Part shown: positions 1 through 7,570 of the stretch, piece by piece
Numbering within the stretch: position 1 is the first letter of the stretch
Layout of the letters: each line of letters starts with the position of its first letter
Origin: a virus
Taxonomy: Duplodnaviria; Caudoviricetes
IMG/VR virus record: IMGVR_UViG_3300020045_005423
Coordinates: 1 to 27,785 of that record
Direction: 5' to 3' (one strand)
Length of the DNA stretch: 27,785 bases
Position numbers and translations under genes: made by a program
The notes under the pieces: generated by a model
What the model was told of the DNA's origin: nothing
Seen by the model: the letters and a program-made list of their open reading frames with translations, nothing else
Database searches by the model: none

Positions 1-276
1 ATGTGAGGGGGTAGTTGATAATTTTTAGCATAAGGGCTTTTGGACTAGCCCGTTAAAAACAACTCACATAATGATAGCGTCAGCCTATCAATCATCCTCT
101 AGTCCCTCCTCTTCGCTATCCTCCACCAGCATTAGACTAGCCCTTATAGGGCATGTACTGCGTCCTTGACGCTAGCCTATCCAGTCCTTTGGACATAGCA
201 TTTCAATAGCATCCACACGGCCTTATAGGCCCATAACTAGCCCCTGTAGCTATAGAGCAAGCCTATCTAAGCATCA

Positions 277-307
277 AAAGGCAACGCCAACGGCGGGGCC
301 GCTGTCT
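277..307 (+). repeat. 31-bp GC-rich dispersed element, copy A
   Basis: AAAGGCAACGCCAACGGCGGGGCCGCTGTCT; 28/31 identical to 9657-9687 and 27/31 to the reverse complement of 18858-18888. Confidence 0.9.
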
Positions 308-402
308 CATATACACGGCATACTAATCGTTTACCATTGTGAATGATCGTATTAGGTATGCGGGCTTTGCCCGTGGTGTTTTCTTAGTTGGTGTATTGTT
401 GT

Positions 403-744
403 TCATTTTGTAAGCTCTTCAGGTATATCAATTTCATTGCCTAGTTTGTTAGCTATGTAGCACCGCATAGCTGCTATTAAAGGGGTATCGCCAAACTGTA
501 TACTATCCCCTGATAGGTCACAACTGGACCAAGTACCAGAACTGACGCAGCCTGTAATTAATTTAGCACTCTCAATGATAGGTCCACCTTGGCCCCAGTC
601 TGTAGAGTACATTGGTGCCTGACAACCGTTAGAAGCCACTATAACAGGCGAGCCAATGATAACTATATAAGGGTTTATCCCTTCAGCTTTAGCCACTGCC
701 CAGTCAAGTGCTGTACCTGTTAAATCTTCAGTCTTGATTATCAT
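403..744 (-). CDS. NinX/DUF2591-like phage protein
   Basis: Motifs LTGTALDWAVAKAEG, YSTDWGQGGPII and TPLIAAMRC are typical of this family; SD AAAGGA. Confidence 0.8.
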   Translation of the reverse strand: MIIKTEDLTGTALDWAVAKAEGINPYIVIIGSPVIVASNGCQAPMYSTDWGQGGPIIESAKLITGCVSSGTWSSCDLSGDSIQFGDTPLIAAMRCYIANKLGNEIDIPEELTK

Positions 745-772
745 TTTGATAGTCCTTTGTTAACCTTTGAAT

Positions 773-790
773 AAGGGTCTTTCGACCCTT
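773..790 (-). terminator. Intergenic hairpin, weak or bidirectional terminator candidate
   Basis: AAGGGTC-GAAA-GACCCTT on the minus strand, between two genes. Confidence 0.5.
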
Positions 791-796
791 TATCTT

Positions 797-1108
797 TTAC
801 AGTGCTGAATTATGCAAACTAAGGTTCTGACAGTCGCCGTCATTAAAACTTACTAATTTATAACCTGATTTGTTCATAAATGTTTCAGTGGTCAAGGCTC
901 GGAAACTTCCGTCAACTTCACGGATAAACGTGATATACGTGATATAAGACAACCATTGTTTATTGGCACCGTGCTTTTTGTACACCCCGCAAGTGTAATC
1001 CGTTGTTCTGTACCAGACATTTGTTTCTTCCTGTTGAATGATCTCAATTTCTTTAGTAACACCACGGATTGTAAAGTTTACTTTAGTTGTTGTGTGTTCT
1101 GTAGTCAT
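797..1108 (-). CDS. Hypothetical early protein (start probably MTTEH at 1108)
   Basis: ORF track 797..1174; AAGGATGAG precedes the ATG at 1108, and a -10 hexamer at 1154-1159 lies inside the longer ORF. Confidence 0.65.
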   Translation of the reverse strand: MTTEHTTTKVNFTIRGVTKEIEIIQQEETNVWYRTTDYTCGVYKKHGANKQWLSYITYITFIREVDGSFRALTTETFMNKSGYKLVSFNDGDCQNLSLHNSAL

Positions 1109-1154
1109 TTTGCTCATCCTTTTAAGCCAGCGGGTATCGCTTGGCATGGCTTGA

Positions 1155-1347
1155 TTATACACAACTTTGGGCATCTGATAAGTTATTTCGTACTTATTTT
1201 TTGTTTATTTTTGCACTGTTACAATTACAGCACTTATCCACAACACCTGTGGATTATCTAGTGCATAACTCATGTATAACTAAGAAATAATCCTGAAATC
1301 ACCAATGAAATCAACAACTTAGGTTCTTTGCTAACAGCTTATCCAAT
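1155..1347. promoter_or_regulatory. DnaA-box cluster with IHF site (oriC/datA-like)
   Basis: TTATACACA 1155-1163 and TTATCCACA 1234-1242 (perfect); reverse boxes at 1248-1256 and 1260-1268 (1 mismatch each) and 1271-1279 (2); IHF consensus WATCAANNNNTTR matched exactly by AATCAACAACTTA 1309-1321. Confidence 0.7.
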
Positions 1348-1366
1348 GCTACCAGGTAGCATAGTC

Positions 1367-1537
1367 TTATGAGTGAAGCTTTCTAAGCATCCACAACGTG
1401 CCCACGAAGATCAACCCAGCATAGAAAAACCTACACAACAAGACTACTTTCCAATCACTAGGCATTGTCTCCATCACCAATTGTAGGTTTGTCTTGCCTG
1501 CGTTGTCTTGTTCTTTTTGTGTTTCTTTGCGTGCCAT
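1367..1537 (-). CDS. Small membrane protein, 56 aa (not in ORF track)
   Basis: MARKETQKEQ...VVLLCRFFYAGLIFVGTLWMLRKLHS; ATG overlaps the upstream stop (TAATG). Confidence 0.5.
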   Translation of the reverse strand: MARKETQKEQDNAGKTNLQLVMETMPSDWKVVLLCRFFYAGLIFVGTLWMLRKLHS

Positions 1538-1737
1538 TAGATAACCTCATTCACTTTCTGACTATCAATAGCTTTCCAAGCCTTACAAGCCCTAGAGCTA
1601 AGATAGTAACTTGCTGCCTTGTCTGATAATTGGTACTCTTTCAGCATCTCTTTAGCCTCTTTTCGTGTCTCGAACTCATCTACAGTTTCAAGGCCGTAGG
1701 CATCTTTTCTTTGGATGTAAATCATGTTATTCCTCAT
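1537..1737 (-). CDS. Hypothetical early protein (start possibly at MIYIQR)
   Basis: ORF with ETVDEFETRKEAKEMLKEY...SSRACKAW; SD GAGGA before the internal ATG. Confidence 0.7.
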   Translation of the reverse strand: MRNNMIYIQRKDAYGLETVDEFETRKEAKEMLKEYQLSDKAASYYLSSRACKAWKAIDSQKVNEVI

Positions 1738-2067
1738 TTACAGTTCATTGACCCAGATACAATTATCACAAATGATACGGTACTCATTACCATCAAACTC
1801 CAAAGTGAAATCCCCGACTAGCCCAGCTTCAATGGTATCAAGGGCTTCAATGATTTCATTAGGGTTATCTTCATCAATGCTGTGTGTGTGTTTGTCAATG
1901 ATACAAGCTAGGATTTCTACAGTTTCCATTTTGTAGAATTGTTCGGTTTCCATGTTCTTAATAATACTTTGGATGCTTACAATTGTTTGGTTTGACATAT
2001 TAGGGAATGGCGTTATTTTGTACATCTGATCAGTCATTGCACTATGAGCATCTTTAGTGGTTTTCAT
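1738..2067 (-). CDS. Acidic hypothetical protein, possibly truncated
   Basis: D/E-rich C-terminal half, DFTLEFDGNEYRII. Confidence 0.6.
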   Translation of the reverse strand: MKTTKDAHSAMTDQMYKITPFPNMSNQTIVSIQSIIKNMETEQFYKMETVEILACIIDKHTHSIDEDNPNEIIEALDTIEAGLVGDFTLEFDGNEYRIICDNCIWVNEL

Positions 2068-2092
2068 GTTGTTTCTCGTTTACAGTTTAGTT

Positions 2093-2665
2093 TCAGATAA
2101 ATACACCTGTATACATATTCCGTTTCAATCCATCCCCGGTATCATTGAAATTGATAGGCAGTTCCCGGCGCGATACATCTTGAAAATCAAACCCAGCGCG
2201 TTTCAATACATCCACCGATTCAAATTGCCATTGTTCACCGTAACCATATTGCATAGGAATAGAAAGCCACCGCATACCGTTTTCTGTGGGGATGCTTACA
2301 CAACAGGAAAAATAAGTATTACCACAGGTAGCATCCCACCATCCGCGCCGGGTAACTGTAATATATTCACCATTCCATTCTGATACTATGTTCTCTAGTG
2401 CATGGGTGATTGATTGCTTAAGCACTATTTTAGCCGCCTCTGTTATCGCGGATGCTTTAAAAGTTGATCCCATTTTACGCTGCTTATTGGCTTCAGACTT
2501 AACCAAGTCCTTGATTGTCAGGCGGTGGCTTGAACCTTGCAATGCTGCAAATGCACAGTGCAGACGTTCCGAATAAACAGTACCATCGTTCATAACTGAC
2601 AAAACTAGGTTATTAGCCTGCGCAGTGCTTGCGCCAGTTTCAAATGTATCATTTTGGTTTGACAT
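2093..2665 (-). CDS. Hypothetical early protein
   Basis: 190 aa ORF, SD AAGGA; WWDATCGNTYFS and PMQYGYGEQW motifs. Confidence 0.75.
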   Translation of the reverse strand: MSNQNDTFETGASTAQANNLVLSVMNDGTVYSERLHCAFAALQGSSHRLTIKDLVKSEANKQRKMGSTFKASAITEAAKIVLKQSITHALENIVSEWNGEYITVTRRGWWDATCGNTYFSCCVSIPTENGMRWLSIPMQYGYGEQWQFESVDVLKRAGFDFQDVSRRELPINFNDTGDGLKRNMYTGVFI

Positions 2666-2734
2666 AGTAGTCCTTGTTTAATAAGTGATTCACCATTTAA
2701 GCCCACATTATAGGCTTAAATTGTAAGTCTCCCT

Positions 2735-2845
2735 TTAGACCATCCAAATAATACAAGGCATTGCAATAAAGAAAACCGCTAGGACAGCAACCAGTAAAAA
2801 GTTATCCTGATTGCGTTGTTTATTGTTTAAGTTTAGTGTTTTCAT
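2735..2845 (-). CDS. Small membrane peptide, 36 aa (not in ORF track)
   Basis: MKTLNLNNKQRNQDNFLLVAVLAVFFIAMPCIIWMV; SD AAAGG, downstream of the -10 at 2872-2877. Confidence 0.5.
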   Translation of the reverse strand: MKTLNLNNKQRNQDNFLLVAVLAVFFIAMPCIIWMV

Positions 2846-2890
2846 AAGTGCCTTTCGATTAATTAGTTTTAATTATAACCCTAATCCGTC

Positions 2891-3268
2891 TCACATCTGC
2901 CGGATTTTACCGTCATCACAAATAAACAATGTTCTCCCTTCCGCTGAATGAGCCGCTACTGTCAGCTTTTTCCCGACCTCACCTAAACCACGATCCCAGA
3001 ATCCAGCCCCATGGTGATTACGTGTCAACCAAAAGTCATGCCCTGTCTGTGCTTCACCTTGTTCAGATTCTAGGATCAGTTCTAAATTGTACTGAACAAA
3101 CTCGAAGCATTCCTCTTTCATTTCTAAGAGCGTTTCAGGTGTGATGTCCTCACTGGTGTACTTGTCATCCAAAGGATTGCCTTCATCATCAGTGCTAGAC
3201 CAAAGGGCTGCAATAACATAATGCTTGGTCATTTCATCGGTGTTGAAATCATCTTTAGGGTTTGTCAT
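2891..3268 (-). CDS. Conserved phage hypothetical protein (GHDFWLTRNxHGAGFWDR motif)
   Basis: Recognisable motif, acidic, SD AAGGAG. Confidence 0.8.
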   Translation of the reverse strand: MTNPKDDFNTDEMTKHYVIAALWSSTDDEGNPLDDKYTSEDITPETLLEMKEECFEFVQYNLELILESEQGEAQTGHDFWLTRNHHGAGFWDRGLGEVGKKLTVAAHSAEGRTLFICDDGKIRQM

Positions 3269-3279
3269 ATTGACTCCTT

Positions 3280-3498
3280 TTAAACTTCGCTGTTAACAAT
3301 GCTTGAAATTTCATTATCTAATGCCATGAAATACTCAAGCCCACCATTGTACATTTGCGTTTTACGTAAACGCCTAATGGCACGCTCTGTAACGTTAAAT
3401 TTATTGCAGATAGGCCAGTTGTGACTGTCATCATTAGCCCTGAAATAGCTATTAATTACGCGGGTGCTACCATTTTCAATTTGTTCTAATTTGCTCAT
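3280..3498 (-). CDS. Hypothetical protein
   Basis: 72 aa ORF in a co-oriented operon. Confidence 0.6.
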   Translation of the reverse strand: MSKLEQIENGSTRVINSYFRANDDSHNWPICNKFNVTERAIRRLRKTQMYNGGLEYFMALDNEISSIVNSEV

Positions 3499-3516
3499 TT
3501 TGTAACCTGTTAAGTG

Positions 3517-3612
3517 TTAACGTTGTTTAACCATATCAAGCGCCATATAAACGGCGGTGTCATCACAATACCCTAAAGCCTTGAAATAATGCTTGTACTC
3601 GAAATAATTCAT
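3517..3612 (-). CDS. Small hypothetical protein, 31 aa (not in ORF track)
   Basis: MNYFEYKHYFKALGYCDDTAVYMALDMVKQR; AAAAGG upstream. Confidence 0.45.
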   Translation of the reverse strand: MNYFEYKHYFKALGYCDDTAVYMALDMVKQR

Positions 3613-3703
3613 TCTAGCAGCCTTTTAAAGTCAGTGTTTAAAGCGTCTCGAATAGCCCACCAAGGCAAGCTATTAATGAAACTTTATCAACCTGTTATCA
3701 GCC

Positions 3704-4006
3704 TTAATTATAGCCTCTTCCGTCATCACTATTGGCCTGAGCTGTTTCATATCCAACAATAAATGCCACCATCATTGAATATAATTCGCGCTTAGTCATT
3801 GGCCCACGGCCAAAAACATCTTGTATGCCACCATAGTCGTTGGTGATCTTATGCAGTGATACGCCCTTGAACGCTGTCGTGATATGGTAATTGCCCGGTT
3901 GGGCAACTGAGCGTCCACGTACCATCACGAATGCTTCTAGCGGTGCATCCGTCATCTTGTTCAGTTTAGCGACAAGCTTATCAAGTGTTGAATTAGTAGT
4001 GCGCAT
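3704..4006 (-). CDS. Hypothetical early protein (start probably MRTTNS)
   Basis: ORF track 3704..4102; SD AAGGA before the internal ATG. Confidence 0.7.
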   Translation of the reverse strand: MRTTNSTLDKLVAKLNKMTDAPLEAFVMVRGRSVAQPGNYHITTAFKGVSLHKITNDYGGIQDVFGRGPMTKRELYSMMVAFIVGYETAQANSDDGRGYN

Positions 4007-4145
4007 TTTGGTATTCCTTTGAGTGAATAAAATGCCTAGAATTTTCTTGCTAGGTGACTCAATGTTAGTGCTGTTTTGGGTTTGCATGTTGATAATTCTC
4101 AATTCTGATGTTGTTTATTGTTTTTGAGCGTAACTAATTATAAGC

Positions 4146-4354
4146 TCAGTCTTTAGCAAAGCCAGCACTAAAGCTCTTCCCGGGATGCTTTAATTCAGCA
4201 CCTTTTACAGCAGCTTTGCAGGTCTTGTATGCGTTGGTACTCCAAATGTAAACCCACTTATTCAATCGCCGTTCACTTGGTCTAGTGCATTGCCTTCACG
4301 GTAAACGTGAATTTTACGCTTATACACTTTAAAGTCGCTTGGTTGGTTTCCCAT
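4146..4354 (-). pseudogene. Small early gene with an apparent 1-nt frameshift near 4262
   Basis: SD AAGGGG then MGNQPSDFKVYKRKIHVYREGNALDQVNGD*, continuing in a shifted frame as NKWVYIWSTNAYKTCKAAVKGAELKHPGKSFSAGFAKD*; span is 209 nt. Confidence 0.55.
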
Positions 4355-4363
4355 GTTAACCCC

Positions 4364-4492
4364 TTAAACCGTTTTATGATGGACAACTAAGACAGCCCAA
4401 CGTGAGCCCTTAGACGTGCCTAAGTCAACCACTTGACGGTGGCCTTTAGCGGCGAATTGACGGGCTTTAGAGCGTGTGGAAAATTTGATCAT
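4364..4492 (-). CDS. Small basic phage protein, 42 aa (not in ORF track)
   Basis: MIKFSTRSKARQFAAKGHRQVVDLGTSKGSRWAVLVVHHKTV; the stop adjoins the SD of the next gene. Confidence 0.6.
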   Translation of the reverse strand: MIKFSTRSKARQFAAKGHRQVVDLGTSKGSRWAVLVVHHKTV

Positions 4493-4589
4493 TTTATGCA
4501 ATCAAGGTACAGTCAAAAAGTAGCATGGAGAAATTCTATGCTTTAAAAGTGACTCATAAGGGCTCGGCTTCAAACCCTTATAAATTGTT

Positions 4590-4832
4590 TTAACCTTTGA
4601 ATTTGTTAGTGTAGCCAAGTCTTCGGATTTCACCATTTAGCATTTCAACACCCCATGCTAGGTTTTTATAGTCAATATGAAATGCCCGATTAGCCCCTTT
4701 ATAAAACCCCTCAGGACAATCCCATGATACGTCTCGAATGATCTTTCCATATCTGCGTAAATCCTTCAGTACGCCGTCGAACTCGCCATCGTTTAACATC
4801 TTGATAAGCTGGGTTTTTGTTGCAAGTGCCAT
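4590..4832 (-). CDS. Hypothetical early protein
   Basis: 80 aa ORF, SD GGAG, first gene after the -10 at 4888-4893. Confidence 0.7.
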   Translation of the reverse strand: MALATKTQLIKMLNDGEFDGVLKDLRRYGKIIRDVSWDCPEGFYKGANRAFHIDYKNLAWGVEMLNGEIRRLGYTNKFKG

Positions 4833-4887
4833 GTTAGCTCCGTTTGGTTAGCCTTTAAGAAGTCCAGCCAGCTAAGGGTTGACCTTT

Positions 4888-5089
4888 ATTCTAGTGCAAT
4901 AAGCACTGTTTTACGCTTGAATGTGAATTTAACGTGAAATAAATCATCTATTTTGTTTCTCTTTCTTTAGTACATTCTGGTATGGTGCTTGCTACGCGTT
5001 TGCGCGCGCCACTTGATACAGTCGCCTATGGCTTGGCTTAGAATTTATTTCAAAGCAAGTGCCAAAAATGCTGTTTATGTTGTTAGAAT
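4888..5089. promoter_or_regulatory. Divergent promoter pair
   Basis: TAGAAT on minus at 4888-4893; TGTTAGAAT on plus at 5081-5089; inverted ATTTATTTCA at 4935-4944 and 5043-5052. Confidence 0.6.
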
Positions 5090-5114
5090 TAAGGCTTACA
5101 AAATGAGGTACAAA

Positions 5115-5315
5115 ATGATCAACCTGAATGATTCCACAATTCAAGCTTTGCTGGCCCTTTGGGCTGGTGGCCTTGACTGGATAGAAATTGACGGCACCTG
5201 TTACGCTACTTTCCCTGATGGCATCTACACTGTAAATAGTTGCGTTCTGGATGCCAATTCTAAGGGTGAATTTGTGCTACTGCCTGATCAACCATTTGGA
5301 TGTAATTTTTTGTAG
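5115..5315 (+). CDS. Hypothetical protein (start MINLND)
   Basis: ORF track 4989..5315; SD GAGG before the ATG at 5115. Confidence 0.6.
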   Translation: MINLNDSTIQALLALWAGGLDWIEIDGTCYATFPDGIYTVNSCVLDANSKGEFVLLPDQPFGCNFL

Positions 5316-5362
5316 GCGTTGAAAATAGTATATAATAGAACCTTACCAACTGGAGAATGAGA

Positions 5363-5515
5363 ATGTTCACTAAAGTTAAAACGCAAATTGGTTTCCGTGT
5401 TTATGGCCCTTGCTGTTCACTGATGGATGTCACCACCAGAGGTGAAGTGAAGTACAGCAACCTCGTAGCAAGTAGCGAGATATACAAAAAGATGCTGGCT
5501 TTCGCACTGAGTTAA
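5363..5515 (+). CDS. Small hypothetical protein, 50 aa (not in ORF track)
   Basis: MFTKVKTQIGFRVYGPCCSLMDVTTRGEVKYSNLVASSEIYKKMLAFALS; SD GGAG; TATAAT at 5331-5336. Confidence 0.6.
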   Translation: MFTKVKTQIGFRVYGPCCSLMDVTTRGEVKYSNLVASSEIYKKMLAFALS

Positions 5516-5855
5516 ACTTTAAGCCCTCCGGGGCTATCAAGGACTTTTAAGCCACCGGCAAAGCTGCATCCCATAGCAGATAATCCACTCCTGCCCGTCT
5601 GAGAAGCAACCTGACTCAAAGAAATCCGTTGTTTTTGGCGATTTCAGGCTGTTTTCACTGGCCTGTAGTGTTCAGGTGCTTAATGCTTTGACACTTGACT
5701 ATAAGGTTTTTCATTTTTAAAAGAAAACCCTAAGTGAATCCACATCAGCTAACAAGAGTTTTTAGCTTGTTCAGCTTTCTAAGTACATTACCCAACGTGA
5801 GTTTTTAGTTACAAACTAAAGGCAAGCCAAAGCTACTCATGAAATTACTCTGTAA

Positions 5856-6200
5856 TTACGCATGAAAATCCACTACTTTAATTCCAACAGCATCAATATA
5901 ACTCTGGCATATCTTACACGGCTTACTGATTAGTAACTCACCAGACCTACCAACACGAGTAACTTGTATTCTATGAGCTTTGCTCAAGTCTTTACAACGC
6001 AGGATTGCTAATGTTTCAGCATGAAGGTACACCTTGTGTGGTTCTCCACAAGCTTTGCTTAAAGCAGCTTGCTTTGGATGTGATTTCAAGTAGTTGTTTT
6101 GTGCTATTGAAAGCACTCTACCACGCTTGTCATAAATCACAGCAGTAAGAATATGCTTGTGCTTTGTCTTGTAAGGCTCTAGAGTGCTGGTGTTTTTCAT
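5856..6200 (-). CDS. Zinc-dependent cytidine/dCMP deaminase-like protein
   Basis: HAE and PCxxC (SKPCKIC) zinc motifs. Confidence 0.75.
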   Translation of the reverse strand: MKNTSTLEPYKTKHKHILTAVIYDKRGRVLSIAQNNYLKSHPKQAALSKACGEPHKVYLHAETLAILRCKDLSKAHRIQVTRVGRSGELLISKPCKICQSYIDAVGIKVVDFHA

Positions 6201-6234
6201 TGGTTTATTGTACTGCTAAACAAAGACTTAACAC

Positions 6235-6894
6235 TTACTTCTTAAAGAACTTGTGATGCCTGTCACGATAAACTTCCTTGAACTTACTGGCCCAAGGTGG
6301 ATTACTGCTTAAAGTACAGTACCACATGACAGAAGCATCAAAAGAAGAAGGCAGCGTATGTGTCACAGAAGCCTTTAAAGGGCTGTTATAGCGATGATCT
6401 AGCGTAACTTGAGTAACCACAAGCACTTGCTCAAAAGCTTTGTTATCAGCGGTTCTAAAGCGTTCTAGAGTGTTGTGCTTATTGTACTTCTTACTGTGCT
6501 TTATTGCTTTATGAAAACTAAACTGATTACGTTCGTGGCTTACTCCACAGTAAGTGCTGGGGAAGCCCTTAGCATGTACTCTGTTCTGCACTACATGAGC
6601 TACTGCTGTCATACCTTTAGTACCTGTTGATCTAGCTTCATAATAGAGTAATTCAGCTAGACAAGAGAACTCCTTGTGATAGCTGCTTGGTTGGTCTTCT
6701 TTTGTTAGATGCTTAGGTAGGATTCCTAGGAATAATACACAAGAAATTACAAGAAATCCCACAAGAATCTTTGGGATATTCCAAGAGGATTTCCTAGAGA
6801 TTTTCTGAGATATTTCCGGGATTATTTCTAGGATGTTTCTAGGATTATTGTAGGATATTTTCATAATTCTTTTGTATATTGTTATTCCATCCAA
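6235..6894 (-). CDS. SleB-like cell wall hydrolase (Hydrolase_2) with an N-terminal TM segment; start uncertain
   Basis: CLAELLYYEARS, AVAHVVQNRV, FPSTYCGV, NQFS, PPWA and HKFF motifs. Confidence 0.85.
   Translation of the reverse strand: MDGITIYKRIMKISYNNPRNILEIIPEISQKISRKSSWNIPKILVGFLVISCVLFLGILPKHLTKEDQPSSYHKEFSCLAELLYYEARSTGTKGMTAVAHVVQNRVHAKGFPSTYCGVSHERNQFSFHKAIKHSKKYNKHNTLERFRTADNKAFEQVLVVTQVTLDHRYNSPLKASVTHTLPSSFDASVMWYCTLSSNPPWASKFKEVYRDRHHKFFKK
6721..6865. repeat. Phased array of a GAAWWATCC-like motif with about 11-bp period
   Basis: GAT cores at 6775, 6788, 6799, 6809, 6820, 6832, 6843, 6854; oppositely oriented copies at about 6740-6770; palindrome ATTCCTAGGAAT 6722-6733. Confidence 0.7.
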
Positions 6895-7427
6895 GTGATT
6901 TCAATAGTATCTACAAGATCAACCGTGTCACCAAGCAGTTCACGCAGGGCAGCTTCTTTGTTGGTATAAACTTGACTACCTGTAGATACACCAGTACTGC
7001 TTGAGCACTTCCAAACGTTAATCCAGCCTTTGCGCTCAGTCTTGGGTTTAACAAAAGGTGTTAAAGATAGGTTTGATTCAAGACAATCCTAGACGTAATG
7101 TTCTTTGGTGAACTCAACTTCAATGTCACGGCACACCCAAGACTTTCTTGCAACAATACCTTTACCGTGTACGGTATGATAAATAATCTGTCCTTTATAA
7201 ACAGGTTTACCTCCAAGCCAGAACAAAGGTTTCATTTTTACTTCATCACTATGTAGAAGTAATGAGTCACGGCTTGCTGAAAGCTCAACAAATACACTGT
7301 TCTTATGAGCACAGAGAAAAGTTAAATCAGTCATAAGACTACCGCTACAAATAGCAGCACCTGCTTTAGCATCCTCCAAGTTGAAATCACGGAGCAGTGT
7401 GTAATCGTTAGTTTGTGTGTTTTGCAC
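6882..7427 (-). pseudogene. Hypothetical gene interrupted by an in-frame TAG at 7089-7091
   Basis: GTG start with SD AAGGA; after HYV* the same frame runs 68 codons (DCLESN...KGWINVW...DTIEITWME*). Confidence 0.65.
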
Positions 7428-7518
7428 AATTGGTTCCTTTAGTTTGATTAGTGAATTGATTCTATCAGAATTTCTTGAAAATCCCTCGGATATTTCTAAA
7501 ATTATTCCAAAAGTACAT

Positions 7519-7563
7519 AAAAGAAAAGCCACCTACCTCGCTGTTATACAAAGTAAGTGGCTT
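7519..7563 (-). terminator. Rho-independent terminator
   Basis: AAGCCACTTACTTTG-loop-CGAGGTAGGTGGCTT followed by TTCTTTT. Confidence 0.75.
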
Positions 7564-7570
7564 GTTTAAT

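Noticed and set aside
30-307. CRISPR or mini-array interpretation of the left-end repeats or the 31-bp element
   Set aside because: The short repeats are only 8 bp with irregular spacing, the 31-bp copies are kilobases apart in mixed orientation, and there are no cas genes.
323-406. 27-aa ORF MNNNTPTKKTPRAKP... coupled to the NinX-like gene
   Set aside because: Very short, no motif, and it overlaps hairpins; not enough support.
7544-7552. Isolated DnaA-box-like TTATACAAA
   Set aside because: Single imperfect copy inside a terminator hairpin; expected by chance.
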